This document shows, piece after piece, positions 19,530 through 28,412 of a DNA stretch of 64,000 nt (positions are counted from its first letter, which is position 1; each line of letters starts with the position of its first letter). The notes under the pieces were generated by a model that saw only the letters and a list, made by a program, of their open reading frames with translations, had not been told where the DNA came from and did no database searches. The DNA is from a virus, in the IMG/VR virus record IMGVR_UViG_3300045988_170943, positions 64,001-128,000 of that record; one strand, written 5' to 3'. The translations under genes and the position numbers were made by a program.

Positions 19530-19577
19530 ACTTCACTAGCCTCATGGTTGATCGGCCGTGAAGGTTGTGTCTATACT
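19530..19577 (+). promoter_or_regulatory. composite promoter motif ACTTCACTA-N10-GTTGAT-N18-TATACT followed by GGAGTCATCACAG
   Basis: Motif instance. Confidence 0.4.
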
Positions 19578-19616
19578 GGAGTCATCACAGCGCAAGAACA
19601 CTTGAAGGAGTGATCA

Positions 19617-19927
19617 TGTTCTCTACATTCCCTGCCGTTATGCTCTCGCTGCCCACCCTCTTCGGCGGCGACAAGGCGACACCAGCCCCTTCGCACAACT
19701 CCCGTTTCAAGCACTGGGAGGGTAAGCGCGTCTGGGAGCCGCCCATTGGTGAAGAATCTGAGGGTAGTGTCGATTATGACTACTACGAGATGGCGCCTGA
19801 TGGGACGATTCGAGGTCACAAGCACGTCATGCACAAGCATGTCTGTGTGGCGCCTGATAACTGCCCGTTCGGTGGGGTTGATGAGTACTGCTTGGAGTGC
19901 CACTACGGGCTCCCCAAGCACGTGTGA
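19617..19927 (+). CDS. hypothetical protein with C-terminal Cys-rich (zinc-ribbon-like) region
   Basis: The SD 'gaaggagtgatc' precedes the ATG. The C-terminus reads 'CVAPDNCPFGG...CLECHYG'. Confidence 0.5.
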
Positions 19928-20033
19928 CCCACTCCACCACTAAGATTGTTGCCTGAACCTTGATAAAGCATGTACGCTAGTGCCATCAAGGCTCAGGCAA
20001 CAAGGCATCTGAACCGTTTAGGAAGAAACACCC

Positions 20034-20210
20034 ATGAGCACCAACAGTGCCAAGACTCTCGTTCATATTTCTTACGCTCTGTTCGCCATGGCTACAGTGT
20101 TTGGGGTTGCCGCCATCGTTGGCGGTCACTCCAACGCTTTTATGACTGGGTTGCTGGGGCTGGGTGGGGCTCTGTTTTACGCCAAGGCCGAGAAGACCGC
20201 CAACGAGTAG
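20034..20210 (+). CDS. small membrane protein (58 aa)
   Basis: Not in the ORF track (under 60 aa). The sequence MSTNSAKTLVHISYALFAMATVFGVAAIVGG... is hydrophobic. It lies immediately upstream of the tnpB1 element. Confidence 0.4.
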   Translation: MSTNSAKTLVHISYALFAMATVFGVAAIVGGHSNAFMTGLLGLGGALFYAKAEKTANE

Positions 20211-20214
20211 TGTC

Positions 20215-21795
20215 TATTTATACCGTCAACCAGTCAAGTTCTTGAGAGGAGGCTCAACAGAAGTGCCTAGAACCATTGTGTCGCGCACGTATCCTCGTAC
20301 ACCGTATGCTGCGTTCAGCAAGACTGGTGAGCCCTTAGATCTTGATGTGGTACTGGCTGGTATCAGGAAGGATGCTGAACTGGTTGTCCACTATGCCCTA
20401 CAAGAGATGACTGAGCATAATCTCGCTCTGGTGACCTATTTTGACAGGTTCAAGCCTGCTGAGGCAGGGCGGAGAATGGGTCTGTTTCTCCCTAGCGAGG
20501 TGAAGAAGCGGTTCAAAAGTGGGGCCTCACGACTGGAGAAGATGTTCCAGGAGCAGGCCGTGACTGCCTTACGTTCCTGGGCCACCAGATCTGGGGTTGT
20601 CTCTGGGAACTACACTGGCTACGTCTCCGCTGGCTGGAAGAGAACAGTCGGGGACTCCAGGTCAAGGGCCCTACAGCCTCGGCTCGCCCTGTCTGCTACA
20701 GATAAGCAGTACAGGCGTATGAGTGTTACACCAGAACGTATTTCTCTTGACATGGTTGTTCAGGGCCAGTGGGTGACACTGCATTTTCCTGTTCCTCCAC
20801 AACTTTTAGAGCAGGGCTGTGAGCCAGGTGTTCCAGACATCTGGGTTGACAGTCAAGGTCGAGTGATGTTTGGTCTCCATGGCATGACAGATCCTGGCAG
20901 ACCGGAGTTCTCACCCAGGTACGTCATTGGCGTGGATGTGGGGGTCACTAACCCGGCCGCCTATGTTGTCTGGGACACTGAGAAGAGGGAAATTGTCGAG
21001 AAGTCTCTGCTTGATCAGAGGGCGCGGTCTCTGCATAACAAAATCAAACGCGGGGTTAGGCAAGTGTCCTCTCTACAGAGGAAGAACCGCCCCGAGGAGG
21101 CCGTGCCCCATAGGGCGCATCTATCGAATCGGCGTAAGGAACTGAGTATCCTTGTGGCTCAGGAGGTCGCGGACGCTGCCTGGAGGTATGGTAACGCCCT
21201 GGTGGTGTTTGAGGATCTGAGCCATATCAGGAACACCATGAGGTTTGGACGTTGGTTCCGTGGCGAGGTGCATAGAAGAACACGGGACATGGTTGAGGCT
21301 GACGGTGGACGAGTGATGAAGGTGAACGCGGCGTACACCTCGAAGAGGTGTCATGTCTGTCAGTCTGATCTGGACATGAGCGACTACAGTAGCCCTGTGT
21401 GTCACTCATGCAACATCACTCATCACCGGGACGTCAACGCGGCGGCGAATATTGCCCAGCGGGCCAACGTCAAGAAGGCTTGTCAGACCAGGATGCGGCA
21501 CACCACGAAGACGAAGCGTGTCCGCCGCTCCAAGTGCCGGATAAAACCACTGAAATATCCTGGTACGAAGAACAAACCAACACCCAAGGCGCCCCAGAAC
21601 CGACCTAAGACTCATGCTCACTCGTCTCTTCCAAAGATGGAGGTGAGTAAGGGGATGTGCCCCGCAGAGTCTAGGGTTTCTGCGGTGGACCACAGGGAGT
21701 GGTTTCAGACAACCAGCGGCACGACAGTTCTAAAGGAGAACCTATCTATTGGGAATACAATAGATGTGGTTTATCCTAAGGAATAGTCATACTCT
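20215..21795 (+). mobile_element. IS200/IS605-family tnpB-only (IS1341-like) element, copy 1 (about 1.58 kb)
   Basis: The boundaries come from the limits of nucleotide similarity to copy 2. The left end begins near 'ACCGT' about 40 nt upstream of the GTG start. The right end closes with 'CTAAGGAATAGTCATAC' 9 nt past the stop codon. There is no tnpA. Confidence 0.5.
20263..21786 (+). CDS. tnpB: TnpB-like RNA-guided endonuclease (RuvC-like + zinc finger), copy 1
   Basis: RuvC-I 'IGVDVGVTNPAAY', RuvC-II 'VVFEDLSHI', a zinc finger 'CHVCQ...CHSC' and RuvC-III 'HHRDVNAAANIAQRA'. The GTG start, with SD GAGAGGAGG, is identical in position and context to copy 2; the longer listed N-terminal extension was rejected. 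Confidence 0.8.
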   Translation: MPRTIVSRTYPRTPYAAFSKTGEPLDLDVVLAGIRKDAELVVHYALQEMTEHNLALVTYFDRFKPAEAGRRMGLFLPSEVKKRFKSGASRLEKMFQEQAVTALRSWATRSGVVSGNYTGYVSAGWKRTVGDSRSRALQPRLALSATDKQYRRMSVTPERISLDMVVQGQWVTLHFPVPPQLLEQGCEPGVPDIWVDSQGRVMFGLHGMTDPGRPEFSPRYVIGVDVGVTNPAAYVVWDTEKREIVEKSLLDQRARSLHNKIKRGVRQVSSLQRKNRPEEAVPHRAHLSNRRKELSILVAQEVADAAWRYGNALVVFEDLSHIRNTMRFGRWFRGEVHRRTRDMVEADGGRVMKVNAAYTSKRCHVCQSDLDMSDYSSPVCHSCNITHHRDVNAAANIAQRANVKKACQTRMRHTTKTKRVRRSKCRIKPLKYPGTKNKPTPKAPQNRPKTHAHSSLPKMEVSKGMCPAESRVSAVDHREWFQTTSGTTVLKENLSIGNTIDVVYPKE

Positions 21796-21815
21796 GCTTA
21801 CTACTCTAATCGGCC
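21632..21815 (+). ncRNA. putative ωRNA (TnpB guide RNA) scaffold overlapping the tnpB1 3' end, plus a variable 3' segment (candidate guide, about 21796..21815)
   Basis: A roughly 95-nt block is about 93% identical to copy 2, whereas the rest of the gene is about 75% identical. Hairpins 'ccgcaga...tctgcgg' and 'accac-aggga-gtggt' (copy 2: 'accaca-atg-tgtggt') are preserved by changes that maintain pairing. Similarity stops abruptly after 'GTCATAC'. Confidence 0.5.
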
Positions 21816-21978
21816 GCTTGTCCGTGTTTGTGTCAGCCGCTACGGGCAGGATTGGTACAGTGTTGACACTGCGGACGGAGGCGTTGCGGGCATCAAAAAG
21901 GCTTTCAAGGATGCGATGGAGATCGAAGAGTACATCCACACTGGAGGCAACAACTAGAACTCCCGCACTGGCGGCAAA

Positions 21979-22014
21979 GTGGGTCACACCTCATACTCGA
22001 CAGGTGTGACCCAC
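21979..22014 (+). terminator. perfect 13-bp hairpin (gtgggtcacacct/aggtgtgacccac) followed by a TTCAGTATTTC tail
   Basis: Read directly from the sequence. It lies about 190 nt downstream of the tnpB1 stop. Confidence 0.4.
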
Positions 22015-22220
22015 TTCAGTATTTCTGATGTGCGGATTGACCAACCCTAGCTCTTGCAATCTTGTCTGGTGACAGTGGTCAAGACGTACTTAACTGCTGT
22101 CACTTCTCCACTTCGGTTATCATGGGAATTCATGCTGGTGCTTGACGTGACTCCTATGGTAGTGTATTATTGTGTGTGGCAGTGATCCTGCTATCAAGAG
22201 TAGTTGTAGAAGAGGATGCA

Positions 22221-22532
22221 ATGAGCGACAGCCTTGGTGATAACAAGTTTTTCAAGTTTGCCAATTGTGCAGTTAATGTCATGCTTGTTATTGTGGGCAT
22301 TCTGCTTTTTCTAGCGGTTTTTCATCTAATCAACATGCGTTCTACTGCTGTTTCAGTAATCTTGTGCGTTCTTATGTTGATGACATCTGTTGCTGTAGGG
22401 TGCGCCATTGTTGCCGACATTCAGATGAAACGCAAGAAAAACATTGGTAACGGTTTAAGTGAGAATGGCGACGCGGCAAGCAGTCGTGATGGTGAAAGCG
22501 TCGCCATTCTCAGCCCGACGAACGCCACATAA
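22221..22532 (+). CDS. small membrane protein
   Basis: The SD 'gaagagga' precedes the ATG (MSDSLGDNKFF...). Two hydrophobic segments. Confidence 0.5.
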   Translation: MSDSLGDNKFFKFANCAVNVMLVIVGILLFLAVFHLINMRSTAVSVILCVLMLMTSVAVGCAIVADIQMKRKKNIGNGLSENGDAASSRDGESVAILSPTNAT

Positions 22533-22756
22533 GCCCCATCTACCATTTTGCTTGATTATTGTTTGACTCATGTGTCCATTTGATGGCTGCGTGGAAGAAA
22601 TCTAGCGTGTGTGCTTGCTTGACCGGTGCTTGACTGGAGCAGAGTAGAATGAGTACAACATAGCATACTGGCAGTTGAGCAGATCCCATGAAGCACCCAC
22701 CTATGAGGACGCCATCGGAGAAATCCGAAATAACCGAACACGTAAGGGGAGAAAAC

Positions 22757-23854
22757 ATGACGTCTCAGGACTCACAGCACCACCAGAACCTTGCTGTCCT
22801 TAGAGAGATAGTCGAGGATGAACTTGTAAGACATGGCAGTAGCGTCACTGACCTGGAAATGCTTGATGCTGTGCGACCCAGGTACGACCAGCATCCTGAT
22901 TCAACTGGAGATTTGATCAGGGTTCACCTGAATCCTATGTGGCTCATTTCTGATCATGTTGCCACGTTTATTGTGCGCAACCCTGACGGAACGTTCACTG
23001 CCTTTACCCTGTCGGAGGTAGTTATTGATGATCTTCCAGGAGGTTGCGTAAAGGTCTGGGGGTTCCAAGTTCTTTGGGACGACGATTACGAGAAGACGAT
23101 CAAGGTATGGGACTTGTGCAGCAACCTTGATAACCTTCGCCGCAAACGACTCAACCTTCCACGCGAATCAGACAAGTGGGACCTATACCAGTTAGCCCAG
23201 CAGGTTTGGTCCATTTGCCACCAGATTGCCGAGATTCTTGAGGTGGATGAGTACACGCTTGAAGAAGATGTCCCCAGTATCATCAATCGGATACTTCAGT
23301 GCGTGCTCCTTGTCCACATTGGTGAGGCCAAGGTTGAGAGGGAACGTCTCGTGGTCGCTGACCGTGAGAGCAGTGGGCTGGAACTGACTGACCGGAATGT
23401 TCCGCGAGTCATGCACGCAACAGGTCTCTGGCTGCAAAAGGGTGGCATTCTAGGGTTCGGTCACTCTTCCTTCTTCAGGCTCCCCAGTTACGCCTACCAA
23501 GGGTTCCATGTCGGCCCTGAGTATGCTGGTGGGATCATGGAGAAGTGGATCGATGACGCCAAGAAGGTTCGCAACGAGAAGAAGGTGCTAGAACTTCTGA
23601 ACGACATTGCCAACAGTGGGGTGTCATACTCAGACAGCATTGATTTTGATTGGCGAGACATCTACTCGTATATCCCTGGTTTCTGTGACGACCTGAGCGA
23701 CATTGAATCTGTCCGTGTGGTTGTTGAAGAGAACACCCATGAGTATGCTGTAGCCGGGTTCGTCATGAAGGATAATCCTAACGGAAAGGCCACCTATTTA
23801 TACCTGATTGACGACGGCCAACTTTTCTGGACGTCATGGAGCACCAAGCGATGA
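22757..23854 (+). CDS. paralog family A protein
   Basis: The SD 'aaggggagaaaac' precedes the ATG. C-terminal 'LLNDIANSGVSYSDSIDFDWRDIYSYIPGFCDDLSD' matches the family A motif. Confidence 0.55.
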   Translation: MTSQDSQHHQNLAVLREIVEDELVRHGSSVTDLEMLDAVRPRYDQHPDSTGDLIRVHLNPMWLISDHVATFIVRNPDGTFTAFTLSEVVIDDLPGGCVKVWGFQVLWDDDYEKTIKVWDLCSNLDNLRRKRLNLPRESDKWDLYQLAQQVWSICHQIAEILEVDEYTLEEDVPSIINRILQCVLLVHIGEAKVERERLVVADRESSGLELTDRNVPRVMHATGLWLQKGGILGFGHSSFFRLPSYAYQGFHVGPEYAGGIMEKWIDDAKKVRNEKKVLELLNDIANSGVSYSDSIDFDWRDIYSYIPGFCDDLSDIESVRVVVEENTHEYAVAGFVMKDNPNGKATYLYLIDDGQLFWTSWSTKR

Positions 23855-23975
23855 GAACATTGAGAAGCCTTTCAGGGGTGCGATGGACATTGAGGCTGAC
23901 AACTGTGCTCCCACTGAATACGGCAGACAGGGCACCCCGTTTTAGTGGCGTGTGACGCTGATTGGTGCTTAGATA

Positions 23976-24020
23976 GTAAGGGTGCGTGCATAGAGTTTTC
24001 TACTCTGCACGCACCCTTAC
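23976..24020. terminator. bidirectional terminator hairpin (perfect 15-bp stem)
   Basis: Stem 'gtaagggtgcgtgca...tgcacgcacccttac', between the convergent genes 22757..23854 (+) and 24058..24555 (-). Confidence 0.55.
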
Positions 24021-24057
24021 TGCCTCTCTTGATCGAATCTTGACTTATCTATCAAAG

Positions 24058-24555
24058 TCAGCGGTATGTGAACTTAGTGGGTATTTTTGCTGGCTTGTAG
24101 TCAGAGAAAGTCACTACTCCTTCAGCAACCATGACGTGAGGATCGCTGCTGGACACGGAGTACTTGGAGACGTCCAGATTGTCTTCTCCTAGCAGAGTGA
24201 ACTCAAGAGAGAAGGTAATGCCATGATCGTCCATGAACTTCTTGAACGTCTGAAGTTCTGATGCCAGTTCATATGCCTTCCCATCTTCGTATGAGACCTC
24301 GTAATCAAGCCCCTTGATATAGTCGCCAGTAAAGGTCAGTTCAGGACGGAACTCAATAACATACGTCAGGAATGAATCTTTTAGTCGATTCTCAATCAGT
24401 TCATTCCAGTCCTTCAGTGAGATCAGCCGACCACTGAAATCAGAAGTGAATGAGACGTCATCAATGCTGGAATAGTACCCCATATCGCACCACGCTTTCT
24501 GTGAGACTGTTGGATGCAGGTTGCTCTTTACCCTATCACATGCTTCGTCCGTCAA
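24058..24555 (-). CDS. hypothetical protein
   Basis: 165-aa ORF; the only minus-strand gene inside the + block. Confidence 0.45.
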   Translation of the reverse strand: MTDEACDRVKSNLHPTVSQKAWCDMGYYSSIDDVSFTSDFSGRLISLKDWNELIENRLKDSFLTYVIEFRPELTFTGDYIKGLDYEVSYEDGKAYELASELQTFKKFMDDHGITFSLEFTLLGEDNLDVSKYSVSSSDPHVMVAEGVVTFSDYKPAKIPTKFTYR

Positions 24556-24837
24556 TCCAGCCTAAGCATGTGACCTATAACACAAGAGGTGTCAGTAGAG
24601 GGGTAAAACATTATCATCTGTGAGAGCGTTATCGTGGGGGATCTTGTAGTGATACTTGCCCCGGCAACCGCAACTAGGGGCGACCCTCAGAGGTGGGAAG
24701 TCCATGCTGTACCTCACTAGCATGGGCTGTATGATCAGTGTCACTACTTTCTAAGGTTGAGCCGCCACTCGCAACTGGTGTAACCTGGATGCAAGTCAAC
24801 CAACAAGTAGACAGCAACAGGCGAAAGGGTACGCACC

Positions 24838-25881
24838 ATGGCGGCGAAGAACCGTAACGACCGGAAGAACAACGCGATCTCTGAGGGAGATAGTGTCTAT
24901 GAGGCGCTTGCTATCCTTTCTAGGATCTCCGATTCTGTGATCCGAGAGAACACCCCAGGCCGGAACTTCGTCAAGGAAATTGTGTCTAAGGCAGCATGCG
25001 TCCCAAACTTTGACGCCGAGTCCACTAAGTTAGCGAACCAGGCTGCCTCCCTCAGTGGCGTTGTTTGCTCAGTTGTCACGGAGGAGAACAGTAAGTGTAT
25101 CCTCTACACACTCACTAAGGCGAGCACTCCTGTCCTCATGGAGGAGGTGTACAGTTGGAGCGTCAGCACCATGAGCGGTGACGACTACCACCTGATGGAG
25201 GCGTTCGCTTGTGCCGTTGATGCCGCGATCTCGATTAAGCGGAACATCGCCCTGAAGAAGGGCAACAAGTACCTGACCCATAACGAGATCCAGGCCCTCT
25301 GGGCTCTTCTCAACTCGGTCGATACGAAGGTCCCCAACGTGTACGGGACGGCCAAGATCATCACCCAGATTGCCCGCCACGTGCTCGGGAATGAGGCGTT
25401 CATCGGAACCGAACATGACTTCAACATCAACCACAACTCCTACAACGTCTCGTGGGAGTGGGTCTCTAACGGTGGCATTGTCGAGTTCAACGACATCGTT
25501 TACGAGGTCGGCCCAAAGTTCATGGACGGGCTTGAGAGTTACTGGGGCGACTGGGCGACTGAGGCTGCACCTTGGGACATGGTTGAACTCCTGAATGAGG
25601 TGAAGGATAGTGGCGTCATGACTGCTGGGCCAGCGTTCTTCGACTACTCCACCCTGTACTCCAAGGCGCCTGGCTTCTGTGAGGGGCCTAGTGACCCGAC
25701 ACTGATGCAGATCAACAACCCCTACAATGTTGACGTTGACATCGCGGATGGGTTTGTGATGGAGTTTGAGGGCGACAAGTACGCCATCGTGCTCTCCAAC
25801 TCCCACGACGACGCGGACAAGTACGAGTGGAAGATGATCACGAGTGACCGCTTCCTCCGGGGTATTGGTGCCCTGACCTGA
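24838..25881 (+). CDS. paralog family A protein
   Basis: C-terminal 'LLNEVKDSGVMTAGPAFFDYSTLYSKAPGFCEGPSDP...DIADGFVMEFEGDKYAIVL' matches the family A motif. Confidence 0.55.
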   Translation: MAAKNRNDRKNNAISEGDSVYEALAILSRISDSVIRENTPGRNFVKEIVSKAACVPNFDAESTKLANQAASLSGVVCSVVTEENSKCILYTLTKASTPVLMEEVYSWSVSTMSGDDYHLMEAFACAVDAAISIKRNIALKKGNKYLTHNEIQALWALLNSVDTKVPNVYGTAKIITQIARHVLGNEAFIGTEHDFNINHNSYNVSWEWVSNGGIVEFNDIVYEVGPKFMDGLESYWGDWATEAAPWDMVELLNEVKDSGVMTAGPAFFDYSTLYSKAPGFCEGPSDPTLMQINNPYNVDVDIADGFVMEFEGDKYAIVLSNSHDDADKYEWKMITSDRFLRGIGALT

Positions 25882-26019
25882 TAGGACACAACTCCCCCAC
25901 TCAACCCAGCAGGCAGGTGTGGCGTATGTCACCAGCACTGCTGCACTCGCGTGGGCTCTAGTTGTGTATAGTTAGAGACGGCGAAAGCAACCAAAACGAT
26001 CCTGAAGGAGAACCAAAAC

Positions 26020-26616
26020 ATGGGTATGCGCTCTGTCTTCGCAGCCATCAGCATCAACGACAACGGGGAGAAGGTACTGGACTATGCGACAGTTCAGTGG
26101 GCTTCCTACATCCCCCGTACTCTCGCCTATGGGTTCAGCCGTCTGGACGATGAGGGCAAGAACTCGCTGATCGATGTGTTCGTTAGGGGGTGCCAGCAGT
26201 TTGACCATATGTCTTGTATCGAACGATATGTTGTCTATGGCTGGTGCTGGAAGTACGTCCACATTATGGATGGATTCAGCGTCAAGATTGGCAAAAATAA
26301 AGGCCGCGATGTTATTGTGGGCGTTGACTCGGGAATTCGAGACGATACTCCTCCGCAGCAGCACAAGGTGGACAGCCTGGATGCGGCGAAAGAGTTCATT
26401 GCGGATCGCGGCCACAATCAGGACGGTGTTTCTGCCCTCTACGATCCTGAGAAGCAGACGTTCCACTTCATCTCCAATGACACCTGCCACCTCTATAAGG
26501 CTATATACAACGAGGACAGCAAGGTTGTCATGAGGGTTCCTAAGGGTGAGTGGGTGTCGTACTCTGTAGAGGAACTGGCCAGTCTTGGTGAGGACTTCGA
26601 CATGAGCGACGACTGA
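26020..26616 (+). CDS. hypothetical protein
   Basis: The SD 'gaaggagaacc' precedes the ATG. Confidence 0.55.
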   Translation: MGMRSVFAAISINDNGEKVLDYATVQWASYIPRTLAYGFSRLDDEGKNSLIDVFVRGCQQFDHMSCIERYVVYGWCWKYVHIMDGFSVKIGKNKGRDVIVGVDSGIRDDTPPQQHKVDSLDAAKEFIADRGHNQDGVSALYDPEKQTFHFISNDTCHLYKAIYNEDSKVVMRVPKGEWVSYSVEELASLGEDFDMSDD

Positions 26617-26638
26617 ACCTCTCCGAGCACTTTTACTT

Positions 26639-26690
26639 GCGCTGCCACCACCCGCCCTATTCCAGAGGCGAGCAGTGGCAGCGCTTCATT
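26639..26690 (+). terminator. hairpin terminator (10-bp stem gcgctgccac/gtggcagcgc)
   Basis: Sits after the 26020..26616 stop codon. Confidence 0.4.
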
Positions 26691-27025
26691 CCACCCTGCT
26701 CTGACAGTAGCGGAGTAGGACTTGCTGCATGACCAGTTGGCGGATCCAACAATGTTCAGGATAAAGGTAGAACAGCCTTGTAACGTACAGCAAGCGTGTG
26801 TCTTCTGTTGACTTCAGCGGTTGGGTGTAGTATGATTGGGAGTTGACCAACCAATAGGATACAGGGAGCAGGAGTGAGGCATGGTTGCACTGATTCTAGA
26901 TGAGTTCTGGGTAGCGGCAAAATCAAAACAGGGGGAGGCAGAAATGTCGAGCCTGCAAGAGTATCTGGACTCTTGCAGACCCACAATTAAACTGAAGCAC
27001 ACCACCAAGAGGGAGGGTAATAGGA

Positions 27026-27535
27026 ATGGCTGAGAGCAGCGAGAGTGAAGTTAACCATGAGCCCGCAGAACCGGAGTTGAAGGATCCTCTGTATAGTAGT
27101 GCGGACGTGTGGCTTGGCGCGTTGAGCAATGCGTCACTTATGTGCTTTGTTGCCTTTATTGTATCCATCATCTTCAATGATCCTATGTTGCTTCTAGGGG
27201 CCGCTTCGGGTGCTATAGCAGGTGGTATTGCTTCTGTGTTCCTGGCTCCTGAAGGCTGTAGGCGTACAGGAGTACGTGTCAGGAGATTACTTTGTAGAGA
27301 TAGGCAGGCGGTCGCTCTTGTACGCACGAAGGATCAACTAGACGCGCCCGTTGACAGGTCTGACGTCCAGGATTCTTCTACTACTTCATCTCATGGCGAT
27401 CCTGACAGTGTTGATGATGTCATTGTGGAACGGCCCGACCTGGATTTGTTTGAGTTTTACGGCCTGAGTGGCGAGCACACTCAAGATACAAGCACTGGTA
27501 ATGAGAACGTCAAACTTGTGAGAGAAGCGCACTAG
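27026..27535 (+). CDS. membrane protein
   Basis: The SD 'gagggagggtaatagga' precedes the ATG. Hydrophobic N-terminal half. Confidence 0.55.
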   Translation: MAESSESEVNHEPAEPELKDPLYSSADVWLGALSNASLMCFVAFIVSIIFNDPMLLLGAASGAIAGGIASVFLAPEGCRRTGVRVRRLLCRDRQAVALVRTKDQLDAPVDRSDVQDSSTTSSHGDPDSVDDVIVERPDLDLFEFYGLSGEHTQDTSTGNENVKLVREAH

Positions 27536-27548
27536 GAGAGGTAATAGA

Positions 27549-28058
27549 ATGAAGGCTTGTGATTATGGTGTAGAACCGGATTTCATTGTTCGCACTCAGG
27601 AGGAGTGGAGCAACCTCAGCAATAGCATTGCACTGACACGCCGACGGAGGCGCCCTATTGTCGTTATTGACTCACCTGCCATTTATAACATCATCATCGA
27701 CGGGAAGTCGTCCCTGTATGAGGTACACGTGGTCGGTGAGACCCGCCTATGCAGTGCCCTGAACTTCACGATCCACACAGTGAAGGATGATGCGATCATT
27801 GAACTGGCAGATGTGGGCAGAATTGGGAAAATGTGTGGCAGATCCAGGGTCTTCGAGATGAGATACACCACTGTCATGGCGATGACCGGTGAGGCGAAGG
27901 TGAATGATGCTTTCCGGTCTGAGGTTCTGGTCGCCGACTATGATCTCATCCTCAATGGTGGTCCGAGCGAGTTGTTTTCTAGGACCATGAACACCAACTT
28001 CTTCAAGGAGATAGCATCCTACTTGGGTGGCGAAGGAGAGAACCAGGTCGGCTTCTGA
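27549..28058 (+). CDS. hypothetical protein
   Basis: The SD 'ggagaggtaataga' precedes the ATG. Confidence 0.55.
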   Translation: MKACDYGVEPDFIVRTQEEWSNLSNSIALTRRRRRPIVVIDSPAIYNIIIDGKSSLYEVHVVGETRLCSALNFTIHTVKDDAIIELADVGRIGKMCGRSRVFEMRYTTVMAMTGEAKVNDAFRSEVLVADYDLILNGGPSELFSRTMNTNFFKEIASYLGGEGENQVGF

Positions 28059-28412
28059 TCGCGTAGAAGAGAGTGGAGCGGGGAATTTATTTCTCTCTCT
28101 TCTCTTATCCCCTCAAGTCACACCCCACCGGTATTGACTCCTACCCTCACCTTAGTGCGCCATCATTGACGGGGCTCTGACTACCCCCAGTGCGCAGTAA
28201 TCTGCTTGCTTTAGTAGGGACACTGTTCCAAGTGTCAGCAACGAGCGCCTGTACTGTCGCTCGCAGTCACCTACATCAAGGGTGCTCTTGCTCGCACTGG
28301 TGATGTTGTGTTCGGGCTCACACCGGATGACACACGCAAGGTCACACCCCTTGTAGTAGAATGAGCCCTAAAGTAAGAACCGAATCTGATCACACAGGCA
28401 GGAGTAGGGTAA

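Noticed and set aside
20164-20262. Long N-terminal extension of the tnpB1 ORF (MGLCFTPRPRRPP...) given in the ORF track
   Set aside because: There is no SD. It overlaps the upstream small-ORF stop region. Copy 2 shows the identical architecture, SD GAG(A/G)GGAGG-N7-GTG, so the true start is the GTG at 20263 (31595 for copy 2).
21764-22009. ORF continuing in-frame after the tnpB1 stop codon (SYSAYYSNRPLVRV...)
   Set aside because: It has no start codon until a late ATG and no SD. The region is better explained as the ωRNA 3' part, guide and flanking non-coding sequence. The listed ORF is in yet another frame with an Arg/Ser-rich translation.
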